From Candidatus Pollutiaquabacter aromativorans (GTDB taxonomy: Bacteria; Bacteroidota; Bacteroidia; AKYH767-A; 2013-40CM-41-45), in NCBI GenBank assembly GCA_049177215.1, contig CP185379.1, forward strand, positions 352,957-416,956: 64,000 bases of DNA, written 5' to 3'. The position numbers and the translations under genes were made by a program. The notes beneath the pieces are model-generated. The model did not search any database. It worked only from the letters and a program-made list of their open reading frames with translations, and was not told the origin of the DNA. Below are positions 39,821 to 50,400 of this stretch, piece after piece (positions within the stretch are counted from its first letter, which is position 1; each line of letters starts with the position of its first letter).

Positions 39821-42800
39821 ATGAACCGGAAACGCTACCCGATGAAGGCAGCCTGTAGCTGGCTGCTTGCTCTACTGCTCTTTTCTAACCTGGTCCAGGC
39901 ACAGCCTGCGAATACGTACACCTTTACAACCGGTACCGGTGTTTCTTTGGAGACGCTCAGCGCTCCGGTGGTGCTGGTGGGTTCCGGTGTAGATGATACT
40001 CCGGCATCTGCCGCTTCGGCCATCGGATTTTCATTCACCATCAACTCCAACAACTATTCGAATTTTTGGGTGAACGCAAACGGCCTGTTCGGTTTCGGAA
40101 CATCGCCGAGTACGTCGTACTCGAATTCAATTACAGCACCGCCAAGTTTCCCGGCCCTGATGCCCTGGTGGGATGACATGGGCACCGGTACAAACGGGAA
40201 CGTTCAGTACCAATTATTGGGAACATCGCCTAATCGGAAATTGGTTGTTGAATGGCGAGTTCGGAACATAGGAGAGACGGGCAACTATACCAAGACCTAT
40301 CAGCTCTGGTTGTTCGAAAGCAACTTTGCCATTCAATTCGTGTATGGGACAGGCACCGCCGGATCCTCGGCATCGATCGGCATGTCAACATCGGCTACCG
40401 AGTACCAGAGTGTTACGACCACATCGAATACCGCTTCGACGACAACTCCTGCCAATACCCAGTCCACATTTCCCGCATCCGGTCGGTATTATTTATTTAC
40501 GCCTGCCTCCTGTGCCGGAACACCCAGCCCGGGTAACACCCTTGCTTCTGCCAACCCGGTCTGCAGCGGCAGCGCTTTGACGCTATCGATGTCAACTCCT
40601 CCTTCCAGCATCGGCATCACCTACCGATGGCAGACTTCGCCGGATGGTTCGACCTGGACCAACGTAGCCGGTGCCGCTGGAAACAACGTTACCTTATCCG
40701 CGAACCCGACGGTTGCAACGTACTACCGTTGCCGTGTCACCTGTTCTGCTTCCGGCCTCAACGGCTTCTCAACGCCTTTGTTGGTGAATGTGGTGAATTG
40801 CTATAACATGCAGAATGGCTCTTTGTCCAACGTCTGTTCGGCCAGGTTTTATGATTCGGGAGGACTGGCCGCTGCTTATGCTAATGCGGAATCTTATACT
40901 CTTACCATTTATCCTACACCCGGAAATTTGCTTCGCGTGCAATTCAACTCCTTCGTCACCGAAAGCGGGTATGATTACTTGTCCATTTACAATGGCAATT
41001 CAACGGCCGCGCCTCTTTTGCTCAACACTTCCGGCTCCACCGTGCCCGGAACCTATACCTCTTCGGCCACTGATGGATCATTGACATTCCGGTTCACGTC
41101 CGACATCAGTATCACCTATGCCGGTTGGGATGCCTTATTGAGTTGTGTTTCGCTTCCTGTATGTAGTGGAACACCGACTGCCGGTACTATCAGTGGAACA
41201 TCCGGCCTGTGTGCAGGAGGAACGACAACCCTTACCGCCTCCGGATTTTCGTCCGGTGTTTCAGGGCTTTCGTTTCAATGGGAGGAGTCGGATGACAATG
41301 GCGTGGCTGATCCCTGGGCGAATGTCGTCGGTGGATCGGGTGCCAATACGAATAGCTATACCAGCCCGGCCCTGAGTGTTTCCAGGTATTACCGGATGCG
41401 GGTCACTTGTTCAAATGGAGGCGGTACTGCCACGACTTCCGGTTATTTGGTTACTGCTAATCCGCTTCCTACAGTGGCAATTGCTGCCAATCCGGGTACG
41501 ACCATTTGCGGACCGGGTGCGATTAACCTGAGCGCTTCCGGAGCTGACACCTACAACTGGTCACCTGCTTCCGGCTTGAACGCTACTACCGGTGCTTCAG
41601 TCACGGCCACCCTTTCGAGTTCTACCAGTTATACAGTTGTCGGTACGATCACTGCTACGGGGTGCACTGCGACACAAAGTGTTTCACTCAATTTGTTGCC
41701 GGGCTATTCGGTGAATGCGACGGCTAATCCGGTCAACATTTGTTCCGGTGGAAGCGCTCAACTCAACGCTGTTGCTCAAATGCCCTCAAGTTCCTATCTG
41801 TTGAATCCGATTTCTCCCGCATTGGTTTCCACCGCAGGATTCGCGACAGGCCCCGCGTCCGATGATGCGATCGTTGGCCCCATCACACTGCCCTTCAACT
41901 TCAATTTCTTCGGGTCACCGGAAGATTCGCTGTATATCTCCTCGAACGGTCATATCATATTTGGTAATTCGGCACCCGCGAGTCAATTGGCGGGCCTCAA
42001 CATACCGGATGCAACAGATCCCGATAACGTCATCGCGCTCTGCTGGGCCGACCTCAATCCGGGCTCTTCCGGTTCGGTCACCTATGGTACGGTGGGCACA
42101 GCGCCCAACAGGATCTTTGTGATCAGTTGGAACGCCGTACCGTTTTACCTGCAGTCCGGAAGCAACGTCACCGGTCAGATCCAATTGTACGAAGGTTCCA
42201 ATATTGTGGAGGTTCACATCAGCGTAATCAACCGGGGTGCATCGACCTCAAATACCGTTTTGGGGATTGAAAATGCTACCGGTTCAAGTGGACTTGCGCC
42301 CGCCAGTCGTAACGGCGGAACATGGTCGGTGAGCAGTCCGGAGGCCTGGCGATTTTCACCTTACGTTCCGGGTTATACCTATGCATGGACCCCTTCGACC
42401 GGACTCGATAATCCAACCATTCCGATGCCGATCGCCAGTGGAGTGTCAGGCACGACCGTTTATACCGTGACGGTTACGGCGGATGGTGTGTGCACGGCAA
42501 CGGCAACTGCCCTGGTGAACGAAGGAGTCGCACTGAGTGCTACGGCTTCCGCGCTTCCTGCTTCGGTATGCGAAGGGCAATCGACGCAACTGAGCGGGGC
42601 CGCTTCCGGTGGCGGGGAACCATTCGCCTATAGTTGGTCCGACGGCGTAACCGAAATCGGGACCACGCAATTGCTGACGATCACTCCCCCGGTTGGATCT
42701 TCCACCTATTACCTGACCGTTGCCGACGCCTGTGGGGGCAGCACGTCCACTACTGTTGTCGTCACCGCCCTTCCAGGGCCGGTACTTGCCCTGCAACCGG

Positions 42801-45415
42801 TTAGCGCGGTGTATTGCGGAACACCACTTGCGCTTACGGCATCTTCGGGCGGCGGAACAACCTTTGGCTGGTCGCCTGCAACGGGATTGAACGCTACCAC
42901 CGGCTCTTCTGTTAGTGCGAGTCCGGCGACCGCCACGACGTATACTGTCACCGCGACTGCTACTAATGGTTGTACGATTAGTGGTACTATTCCCATTACG
43001 ATCGGAACCCCGCTGACGGTTAGTGTCGGCGCGGACACTACACAGGGATGTGCTCCCTTCGGCTCTGTACTGCGGGCTTGTGTCAATCCGACCTTCAATA
43101 CCTATACGTTGGATTCTGCTGCCACCGATTATTCACCAGTCGGATCAACCGCTTTCATTACACTGTCCAGTGCAGATGATGGCGATGCGGCGGTCAATCT
43201 GCCGTTCCCGTTCAACTTCTATGGCGTGAATTACACCTCGATACGCGTTGGATCGAATGGCTACATCGGGATGGGAACCACCCCGGTGACTTCCCTGGCC
43301 AATCAGGCGCTTCCTTCAGCCACGGCGCCTAACGGAATCATCGCCTTGTGTTGGGACGATCTGCTTCACAGCGGACTGGCCACGGGCATCGATACATTTA
43401 CGGTGGGAACCGCGCCCAATAGAAAGTTTGTCGTCCGGTATAACGCAGGAGCGGTCGCGTTCTACAACATCGGATCACAAACCGGTTCCTTGGGCGGTAA
43501 GATCGTTTTGCATGAAGGAACCGGAGTCATCGAAGTCAGGATCGATGTGATGAATAAAGGGGTACGGATCGATAACCAGACGCTTGGAATCGAAGATGCG
43601 GCCGGATTGGCGGCTGTAACGCCTCCGGGAAAGAACAATCTGGATTGGCTTCAATCGACACCACGAACCTATCGGTTCACTCCTGCTGCACAACAGTGCA
43701 ACAACACCGGTATCTCGTTTGACTGGACACCGGCTGCCACCCTGCATGCAACAAACCTGGACACCGCTGTTATCACAGGACTGAACAGCACAACCATTTT
43801 TACCGTAACCGCGTCGAACGCTTCGGGATGCAGTGCTCAGGATACGGTGCAGATATTCGTATCGCCACAAGCTCCTACACCGGTGATTTCGAGCAGCGGA
43901 CCGCTTTCCTTCTGCCCGGGCGGAAGCGTGACGTTAACTTCTTCCAGTACGGCTTTCCCGAATTACTGGAGTACCGGCGAAACAACGAATTCGATAACAG
44001 TAAATACTACCCAGACCGTTTCGGTTTACAGTTCGGATGCTTTTTGTCCTTCCGGCCGGGCTTATGTCGATGTCGTGCGATTCGATACGGTTCCGCCGCT
44101 GATCAACGTCTCCGGCGGCGGACTCGCGCTATGTTCGGGCAACCGTGATCTGCTCTCCGATGGCGCACCGCTCTTCGTAGCCTGGAGTTGGAGCACCGCC
44201 GAAACCTCTCAGCAAATCACGATCATGAATCCCGGGACCTATGCAGTGGCCGCTACGGATACCAATGGCTGTGTAACGCATGCGGAGATAACGTTCACGG
44301 CAGGTGTCGCTCCGGTGGCCCCTGTGATCTCCACCTTGAGTTCGCTCAGTGTATGCAACAATGAATACGTGACGATCGATTCCGATATTCCGGATGGGCT
44401 CACCTGGTTCCCGACGTTTGACAATACACCGTCGATCGCCTACAACCTTTCACCTCCGGGAGTATACGACTTCTACGTTTCGCGCGACTCCCTGGGTTGT
44501 ACCTCGGAGTCCAATCACCTGGTCTTTACGGTCAATCCGACTCCGGAGGTATATTTCTTCCTGCCGGCGGACTCCGCCTGTGTGGGCGATGTCATCACCC
44601 TCAACGGTTCGGGGTTGAGCAATGTGTCTTCTATCAGCTTTAATGGCACTCCGGTCAGCGTATTCTCGGTGCTCGATGATTACACCATTCAGGTTACTGT
44701 TCCAGTCGGCGCTACGTCGGGAGGCATCACCCTGACCGATGGTTCCACCGGTTGCGCGGGTGTAAGTCCGCTGTTTTCGATTAAGGAAGTTTGCGGAGTC
44801 AGTGTAAACCTGAAGGTTTGGTTGCAGGGGTATTGTTTGCCAACTCCGTTCGGAGGTAGTATGATGCCGGTCTGGACGCAACAAATGCGATCAGATTTAG
44901 GCAATGGCAATCCGGGTTCTCCAGCAGGCACGGAAACCGATTTGGTCTATGTCGGACTCTACGACGACAATCATGTACTGCAATTTGAAGATTCGGTCAT
45001 GATCATGACGGATGGAACCGGTAGGATCGATCTCCCGGCGGCTTTCAATGGCAATAGTTATTATCTCCTGATCAAGCATCGTAGTCATGTCGCAATCCGC
45101 AGCGCCGGCTTGGTACTTATGAGCCCGGTAGTGACCTATGATTTCACGCTGTCAGAAAGTCAAGCGGATAATAACGGATCAAACTTCGGTATGACCCAGC
45201 TCTCCAATGGCGAGTGGGCGATGTGGGTAGGTGATGTTACCCAGGACGGATTTGTCGGGGGTGACGACGTGGGAAGTGTCGACAATGACAACTTGCTCGG
45301 GATTTATCTGGAGTATAGAAATTCGGATGTGACCGGGGATGGCTTCGTTGGTGGAGATGATGTCGGTGCGGTTGACAACAATAATCTCTTGGGGGTCTAC
45401 TATTTCTATCCCTGA
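39821..45415 (+). CDS. giant secreted multi-repeat surface protein (1864 aa), paralog C; the last ~560 aa are about 70% identical to paralog A
   Basis: Signal peptide 'CSWLLALLLFSNLVQAQ'. It has the same N-terminal module as B ('FSFTINSNNYSNFWVNANGLFGFG...GTSPNRKLVVEWRV'). The C-terminus is 'WAMWVGDVTQDGFVGGDDVGSVDNDNLLGIYLEYRNSDVTGDGFVGGDDVGAVDNNNLLGVYYFYP'. Confidence 0.85.
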   Translation: MNRKRYPMKAACSWLLALLLFSNLVQAQPANTYTFTTGTGVSLETLSAPVVLVGSGVDDTPASAASAIGFSFTINSNNYSNFWVNANGLFGFGTSPSTSYSNSITAPPSFPALMPWWDDMGTGTNGNVQYQLLGTSPNRKLVVEWRVRNIGETGNYTKTYQLWLFESNFAIQFVYGTGTAGSSASIGMSTSATEYQSVTTTSNTASTTTPANTQSTFPASGRYYLFTPASCAGTPSPGNTLASANPVCSGSALTLSMSTPPSSIGITYRWQTSPDGSTWTNVAGAAGNNVTLSANPTVATYYRCRVTCSASGLNGFSTPLLVNVVNCYNMQNGSLSNVCSARFYDSGGLAAAYANAESYTLTIYPTPGNLLRVQFNSFVTESGYDYLSIYNGNSTAAPLLLNTSGSTVPGTYTSSATDGSLTFRFTSDISITYAGWDALLSCVSLPVCSGTPTAGTISGTSGLCAGGTTTLTASGFSSGVSGLSFQWEESDDNGVADPWANVVGGSGANTNSYTSPALSVSRYYRMRVTCSNGGGTATTSGYLVTANPLPTVAIAANPGTTICGPGAINLSASGADTYNWSPASGLNATTGASVTATLSSSTSYTVVGTITATGCTATQSVSLNLLPGYSVNATANPVNICSGGSAQLNAVAQMPSSSYLLNPISPALVSTAGFATGPASDDAIVGPITLPFNFNFFGSPEDSLYISSNGHIIFGNSAPASQLAGLNIPDATDPDNVIALCWADLNPGSSGSVTYGTVGTAPNRIFVISWNAVPFYLQSGSNVTGQIQLYEGSNIVEVHISVINRGASTSNTVLGIENATGSSGLAPASRNGGTWSVSSPEAWRFSPYVPGYTYAWTPSTGLDNPTIPMPIASGVSGTTVYTVTVTADGVCTATATALVNEGVALSATASALPASVCEGQSTQLSGAASGGGEPFAYSWSDGVTEIGTTQLLTITPPVGSSTYYLTVADACGGSTSTTVVVTALPGPVLALQPVSAVYCGTPLALTASSGGGTTFGWSPATGLNATTGSSVSASPATATTYTVTATATNGCTISGTIPITIGTPLTVSVGADTTQGCAPFGSVLRACVNPTFNTYTLDSAATDYSPVGSTAFITLSSADDGDAAVNLPFPFNFYGVNYTSIRVGSNGYIGMGTTPVTSLANQALPSATAPNGIIALCWDDLLHSGLATGIDTFTVGTAPNRKFVVRYNAGAVAFYNIGSQTGSLGGKIVLHEGTGVIEVRIDVMNKGVRIDNQTLGIEDAAGLAAVTPPGKNNLDWLQSTPRTYRFTPAAQQCNNTGISFDWTPAATLHATNLDTAVITGLNSTTIFTVTASNASGCSAQDTVQIFVSPQAPTPVISSSGPLSFCPGGSVTLTSSSTAFPNYWSTGETTNSITVNTTQTVSVYSSDAFCPSGRAYVDVVRFDTVPPLINVSGGGLALCSGNRDLLSDGAPLFVAWSWSTAETSQQITIMNPGTYAVAATDTNGCVTHAEITFTAGVAPVAPVISTLSSLSVCNNEYVTIDSDIPDGLTWFPTFDNTPSIAYNLSPPGVYDFYVSRDSLGCTSESNHLVFTVNPTPEVYFFLPADSACVGDVITLNGSGLSNVSSISFNGTPVSVFSVLDDYTIQVTVPVGATSGGITLTDGSTGCAGVSPLFSIKEVCGVSVNLKVWLQGYCLPTPFGGSMMPVWTQQMRSDLGNGNPGSPAGTETDLVYVGLYDDNHVLQFEDSVMIMTDGTGRIDLPAAFNGNSYYLLIKHRSHVAIRSAGLVLMSPVVTYDFTLSESQADNNGSNFGMTQLSNGEWAMWVGDVTQDGFVGGDDVGSVDNDNLLGIYLEYRNSDVTGDGFVGGDDVGAVDNNNLLGVYYFYP

Positions 45416-45597
45416 GAGATCCGAAAAATGTTTATCCCAGGTCAGGGTGTCCAATACCCTGCAGGATCGATTGGCAACCTGATTTGGAAGTTGTATTTAG
45501 AGGGTAAGAAAAAATAGCGATTTCAGGGTTTTTGCCCTGAATTGCAGGTTATTCATGATCCCAATGTTGAAAAAGGACTTGTCTTTCTAGCAAAAAC

Positions 45598-46881
45598 ATG
45601 TTAAATTTATCGCAAATACGAATTACTATGAGCAATGCCAAGAGGGCGAGTTTGATCGCTATTTTAATGACCTGTCTTAATCTGGGCAGTTTGTTTGCGC
45701 AGGATCCAGGCTTCTCGGTGTCGGTTGGAAACGCCCATTATATCGCACCCAACTTGTTTGAGTTTGATATCATGATCCAGTCCACTGGTTCACCGGCGAC
45801 GTTCAACTTCCGTACTTTCCAGGGTGGATTATTTATTAATCCTTCGTGGAAAGGAGCAGGAACCATTACCGCCAGTTATGTCTCCGGATCCACTCAGTTG
45901 AGCGGGCTTGGTTACAATGGTTCGATTCAGTGGAATCCTTCCGACAACTTCATCAACCTTTCGGTCAATACCGGAGTCCGTAACGGCGGCTCGCCTCAGG
46001 CAACGGTCATTGGTACTTCGCCGGTTCGTGTCATGACGATGCGGTTGTTCAGCACCGCCAATTTCAATTGCTCGACTTCGCCTAACCTTCAGTTTAATTA
46101 CAACCAATCTGTTACTCCGCTTCGGTTGCGTTCCGCTGTATCGTGGAGAACGGCCAACCCGGATGTCAATTACAACCTGCATTACCCGGGTCGGACTTTT
46201 GGCGGAACCGCAGTATTCAACGGCGAGACCTGGTCGCTGTCGGATGCAGATGGACGATCGCCTGTTAACAGCGCGGCCAACCCGTCGTCCTGTCCTTTGC
46301 AGATGAACCTGGTGACCTTCATCCAGGCATTTGTCAATCCTTCTACCGGCTTGATGGATAATTCAGGTTCTGGCCTGTTGAACGCGCTCGGCGAATCACC
46401 CAATTCCATGGACGTTGATACCATTACGGTCACCCTGGTGAACTCTTCCACCCTTGCCGATGTAGAGTCGCAGAAGGTGATTTTGAAATCAGACGGGTCA
46501 TCGCTGACCTATTTTACCGGTTCTGCAATTGGTACGAGTTGTTACATCCGCGTGAATCACCGGAATTCGCTCGAAACCTGGAGCGCGGGTCCTGTGAACA
46601 TGGCTGCAAATACAACCTATAATTTCTCCAGTAATCAGAATCAAGCCTACGGCGACAACCTCGTACAGGTAGCCGGTGTTTGGGCCATGTATTCCGGTGA
46701 TGTCAATCAGGATGGTTTCATCGGTGGTGATGACGTTGGCGCGGTAGATAATGATAACCTGGCTGGTTTGTTCTTCACGTATACGACCAGTGACATCAAT
46801 GGTGATTTGTTTGTGGGTGGCGATGATGTCGGCGTAGTGGATAACAACAACCTGGCTGGCGTCTACTTGCTCCGCCCCTGA
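45598..46881 (+). CDS. short paralog D (427 aa): signal peptide, a ~150-aa N-terminal domain shared with the 28092 protein, and the family C-terminal module with twin dockerin-like loops
   Basis: The likely true start is 'MSNAKRASLIAILMTCLNLGSLFAQ' at 45628. The C-terminal half 'SCYIRVNHRNSLETWS...VWAMYSGDVNQDGFIGGDDVGAVDNDNLAGLFFTYTTSDINGDLFVGGDDVGVVDNNNLAGVYLLRP' aligns with the A/B/C C-termini. Confidence 0.8.
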   Translation: MLNLSQIRITMSNAKRASLIAILMTCLNLGSLFAQDPGFSVSVGNAHYIAPNLFEFDIMIQSTGSPATFNFRTFQGGLFINPSWKGAGTITASYVSGSTQLSGLGYNGSIQWNPSDNFINLSVNTGVRNGGSPQATVIGTSPVRVMTMRLFSTANFNCSTSPNLQFNYNQSVTPLRLRSAVSWRTANPDVNYNLHYPGRTFGGTAVFNGETWSLSDADGRSPVNSAANPSSCPLQMNLVTFIQAFVNPSTGLMDNSGSGLLNALGESPNSMDVDTITVTLVNSSTLADVESQKVILKSDGSSLTYFTGSAIGTSCYIRVNHRNSLETWSAGPVNMAANTTYNFSSNQNQAYGDNLVQVAGVWAMYSGDVNQDGFIGGDDVGAVDNDNLAGLFFTYTTSDINGDLFVGGDDVGVVDNNNLAGVYLLRP

Positions 46882-46913
46882 TGAAAAAGTAAATCCCCAC
46901 GAGAATATCAAAA

Positions 46914-46947
46914 GCCTGCCAGAGGTTCTTCTGGCAGGCTTTTTTAT
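46914..46947 (+). terminator. intrinsic terminator after paralog D
   Basis: Perfect stem 'gcctgccag'(46914-46922) / 'ctggcaggc'(46931-46939), followed by 'ttttttatttgg'. Confidence 0.7.
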
Positions 46948-47349
46948 TTGGGGTAAAGGAAGCTTGGGAGTGGGTGGGAGCTTGAATCTTCGTTCAGGCG
47001 ATTTGTTCAGTGATTGAATTCGCGGTTGCCGAAAGCAGGGTTTGGCGTTTCCATGCACTCGGCACTTCCGCGATGGTTGCTTGAATCTCAGAGTAGGGAA
47101 ATCGGCTTACAATGTATATCCACAAATTGCAGTCGACTGTGTGGCCCCACGGGTGGTCTGTCGAAGTGAACGGATCCGTGGCGAGTTTAGCCAGGTTGCG
47201 GTTCAACTAACAGGGGATGAATGAAGTTGGCCGATTGATTCTGCCGCATCGTATGTTAATCTTATCATATCCATTTCGATCGACTTTAAGCCGATTGCGC
47301 TGACCTGGAGTGTTCGGTCGGGGCAAGGCCGGTTAAGTGTAAATGAAAA

Positions 47350-47374
47350 GGGGGTTGCAGGATATGCAACCCCC
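47350..47374 (-). terminator. intrinsic terminator for smc (minus strand)
   Basis: 'gggggttgca' / 'tgcaaccccc' perfect 10-bp stem. On the minus strand it is followed by 'ttttcattt'. It lies 55 nt past the smc stop. Confidence 0.55.
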
Positions 47375-47428
47375 TTCGGGATGTCGGCTGACAAATTAGC
47401 TGTTGCCCGGAACAGGAGCGGGCATTGC

Positions 47429-50400
47429 TCAGACCGTCTCTTCCATTTCCGTCAGATCCACCGGCACGACCTGCGTGACACCGGTCTCGACCATGGTGAT
47501 GCCGTACATGATGTCGGTGGCGGCCATGGTGCGCTTGTTGTGCGTGATGATGATGAACTGCGAGTCCTTGGAGAACTTCCGGATGATGTTGTTGAACTTG
47601 TCGATGTTGGCGTCGTCGAGCGGCGCGTCCACTTCGTCAAAGATGCAGAACGGAGCCGGCTTCAGCAGGTAGATGCCGAACAGGAGCGCGGTCGCGGTGA
47701 GGGTCTTTTCTCCACCCGACAACTGGGAGATCGACAAGGGGCGCTTGCCTTTCGGTTTGGCCACGATCTGGACGTCCGAATCCGTGGGATTGTCCGGATT
47801 GAGCAGGACCAGGTCGCAATCGTCGTCCTCGGTAAACAGGGAACGGAAAACGCGAATGAAATTTTCCCGGATGGAGTGGAAGGCCGTCATGAAGTTCTCG
47901 CGGGCCGTCTTCTCGATCTCTTCGATGGTCTGCAAGAGTGATTCCTTGGCCTTGATCAGATCGTCCTTCTGGGTGGTGATGAAGGTGTGGCGTTCCTGGA
48001 TCTCGTTATACGCTTCAACCGCCATGGGGTTGATCGGACCGTACGTGTCCAGCTGGTGTTTCTGCTTGGCGACTTTTTCCCGCAACACCTCTTCCGTCCA
48101 GTCGGGTGAAGGTTCGCGTTCGAGGATGTCGTTGATGTCGATGTTGAATTCGACCGACAGGCGCTCCTTGAGCGAGTTGAGCTGGATCTTCAATTCGGTC
48201 GTACGTTCCTTGATGGCCTGAGCCAACTGGTCGCACTGCTCGCGCTGGTGACGGATCTGCCGGATGCGGTTCTCCAGTTCGTCGATCTCGCCGCGCGAAC
48301 GGTAGAATTCGGTTTCGACGAGGCTGACCGATTTCTCGAGCTCTTCCTTCTCGGCATAGAGTTCCAGCAATTGTCCGTCGAAATCGGTGGACGATTGGAG
48401 CAACTCCCGGATCTGTTCCTGGATGTAATCCAATTCGGCCACATTGGCCGTGATGTTGCGTTGCAGGTTGCCTTCCAGTTCGACCTTGTACCCGTGATCC
48501 CGGATGATGCCGGCGATCTTGTTCTGCTGCTGGATGCAATGGATGTTGTGCTGGTTGTATTCCGTACCGGCACGGTTCATCTCGTCGGTCAGCGTGTTGA
48601 ACTCGGTTTGCAGGGCCGACAGATGGCCGGTGACCTCATCAAACCGCACCCGGAGCTGCAGGATGTGCTCCTGGTAGCTCAGGTTGTCCTGCTGCAGGGT
48701 GTTGTCGATCTCGTGCAACTGGGCATTCAGGTTGTCGAGCAGTTTCTGGTTGTTGTCGATACCGGCTTGCAGGTGTTCCGTCTTGTGGTGCAACGAAGCG
48801 AACTCCTGTACCGCCCGGTTCAGCTCTTGCTGGAAGTGCTTTTTCCGGCCGGTGAGTTCGTCGCGTTCGCGCCGGGTAGCCTGTAAAGCCGCCTGCAGAC
48901 GATCACGCTCCTGGCGGTGGGTCTCCAGGGAGGCGGTCAATTGTTCGATCTCTTTGGAAAGCGTATCCAGATGCTTGGCGCGTCCGATGCGCTTTCCGTC
49001 GAAGAGGCCGACCGAGCCGCCGGAAAGGGCGTGGCGGGTACGGCAGTATTTGCCGTTGCGGGAAATGAAGATGCGGTCCTCCTGGCTTTCACGCAGGAAG
49101 GGTGTGCGGTCCTCGTCTTCCACGACGATGTATACGTTGCGCAGGAGGTGATTGCAAAGGGCCTGGTAGCGTGGCTCTACGTCGAGGATGGAGAGGGCAG
49201 GGATGGTGCCTTGCGGGCCGTTGGAATCGGTAGAGGCGCTTCCTTCGAAATTTTGGAGGATGAAGAAATTCGCGCGGCCTTTCGCGGCTTGTGCCAGCAG
49301 GTTAACCGCCTGGCTGGCGGCTTCAATATCCTCGATCACGAAATAGTTCATGAACGGATCGAGGTAATTTTCAATTGCCGTCTTGAACTCGGCCTGGCAG
49401 CTCAGGATTTCCGAGAACAGGGGAGCGCGAAGTGCGTCCGGCGCGTTCTTGCGCAGGTAACGCAGCGATTCCGGATAACCCTCGAGGTTCTCGACGAGGC
49501 TCTTGGTGAGGTTGAATTCATTCTGGCGGGCGTCCAGCTTACGACCCTCGGCCATGAGCGACTCATTCGCCTTTTTCAATTCTTCTTCGTAACGCGTCAG
49601 GTCGGCGCCGATCTGTACTTCGCGTTCAAGCAGCGAATTCAACTCCTGTTCCCGGTTGTCTTTGTTGAGGCGGCTCTGGTCGGTATCGGAGCTGATGCGT
49701 CCGAGTTCCTGCTCTTTGTGGCTGGTGTCGGAGCCCAGTCGTTCGATCTCCTTCTGAAGGGATTCTTTCCGCGCCTGGGTGACCGCGAGCGTTTTCTCCG
49801 TTTCATGCATCGCCGTCTGGATCGACTGCGATTCGGTGGTGTAGCGGTGGATGTCGCTCTTCATTTCGTCGTGGCGGGAACGCACGACGTCGAGCGCGGT
49901 TTTCATTTCCTGCAACTGTGCCTGGAGCTGGTCAAGCAGCGATTCCTCCTGCAAACGATCGGTTTCCGACTGGCGGATCTGGTCCTGAGTCGTCTGCAGA
50001 TTGGCGCGATCGGAAGAGATCTGCTGCGTCAGGGTCTGCTCCTTGTCCTGGAGGTACTTCAGTTTTTCATTACTGACCTTCTTGTCGTTTTCCTGAGAGC
50101 GGATCGTGTCGACTTTCAGATTGAGTTTCTTTTGTGACTCCGTCAGTTCCTTCTCGCGATCGAGTGCGAGCAGTTTCTTTTGCTGTAGTTCGGCTTCACT
50201 GGTATCCAGTTGGGTATCCAGCGCGACCTTTTGTTCCACCTGCTGGACTTCCTGCTGCTGCAGTTCGTCGAATGTCTGCTTGCTGCCGGACAAGGTGAAA
50301 ACCGCCAGTTCGGTACTCAGTTCTTTGTATTGTTCCTTGAGCCGGTAGTAACGCTCGGTTTTCTTTGATTGCGATTCGAGCGATTTCATGTTCCGCTCGA

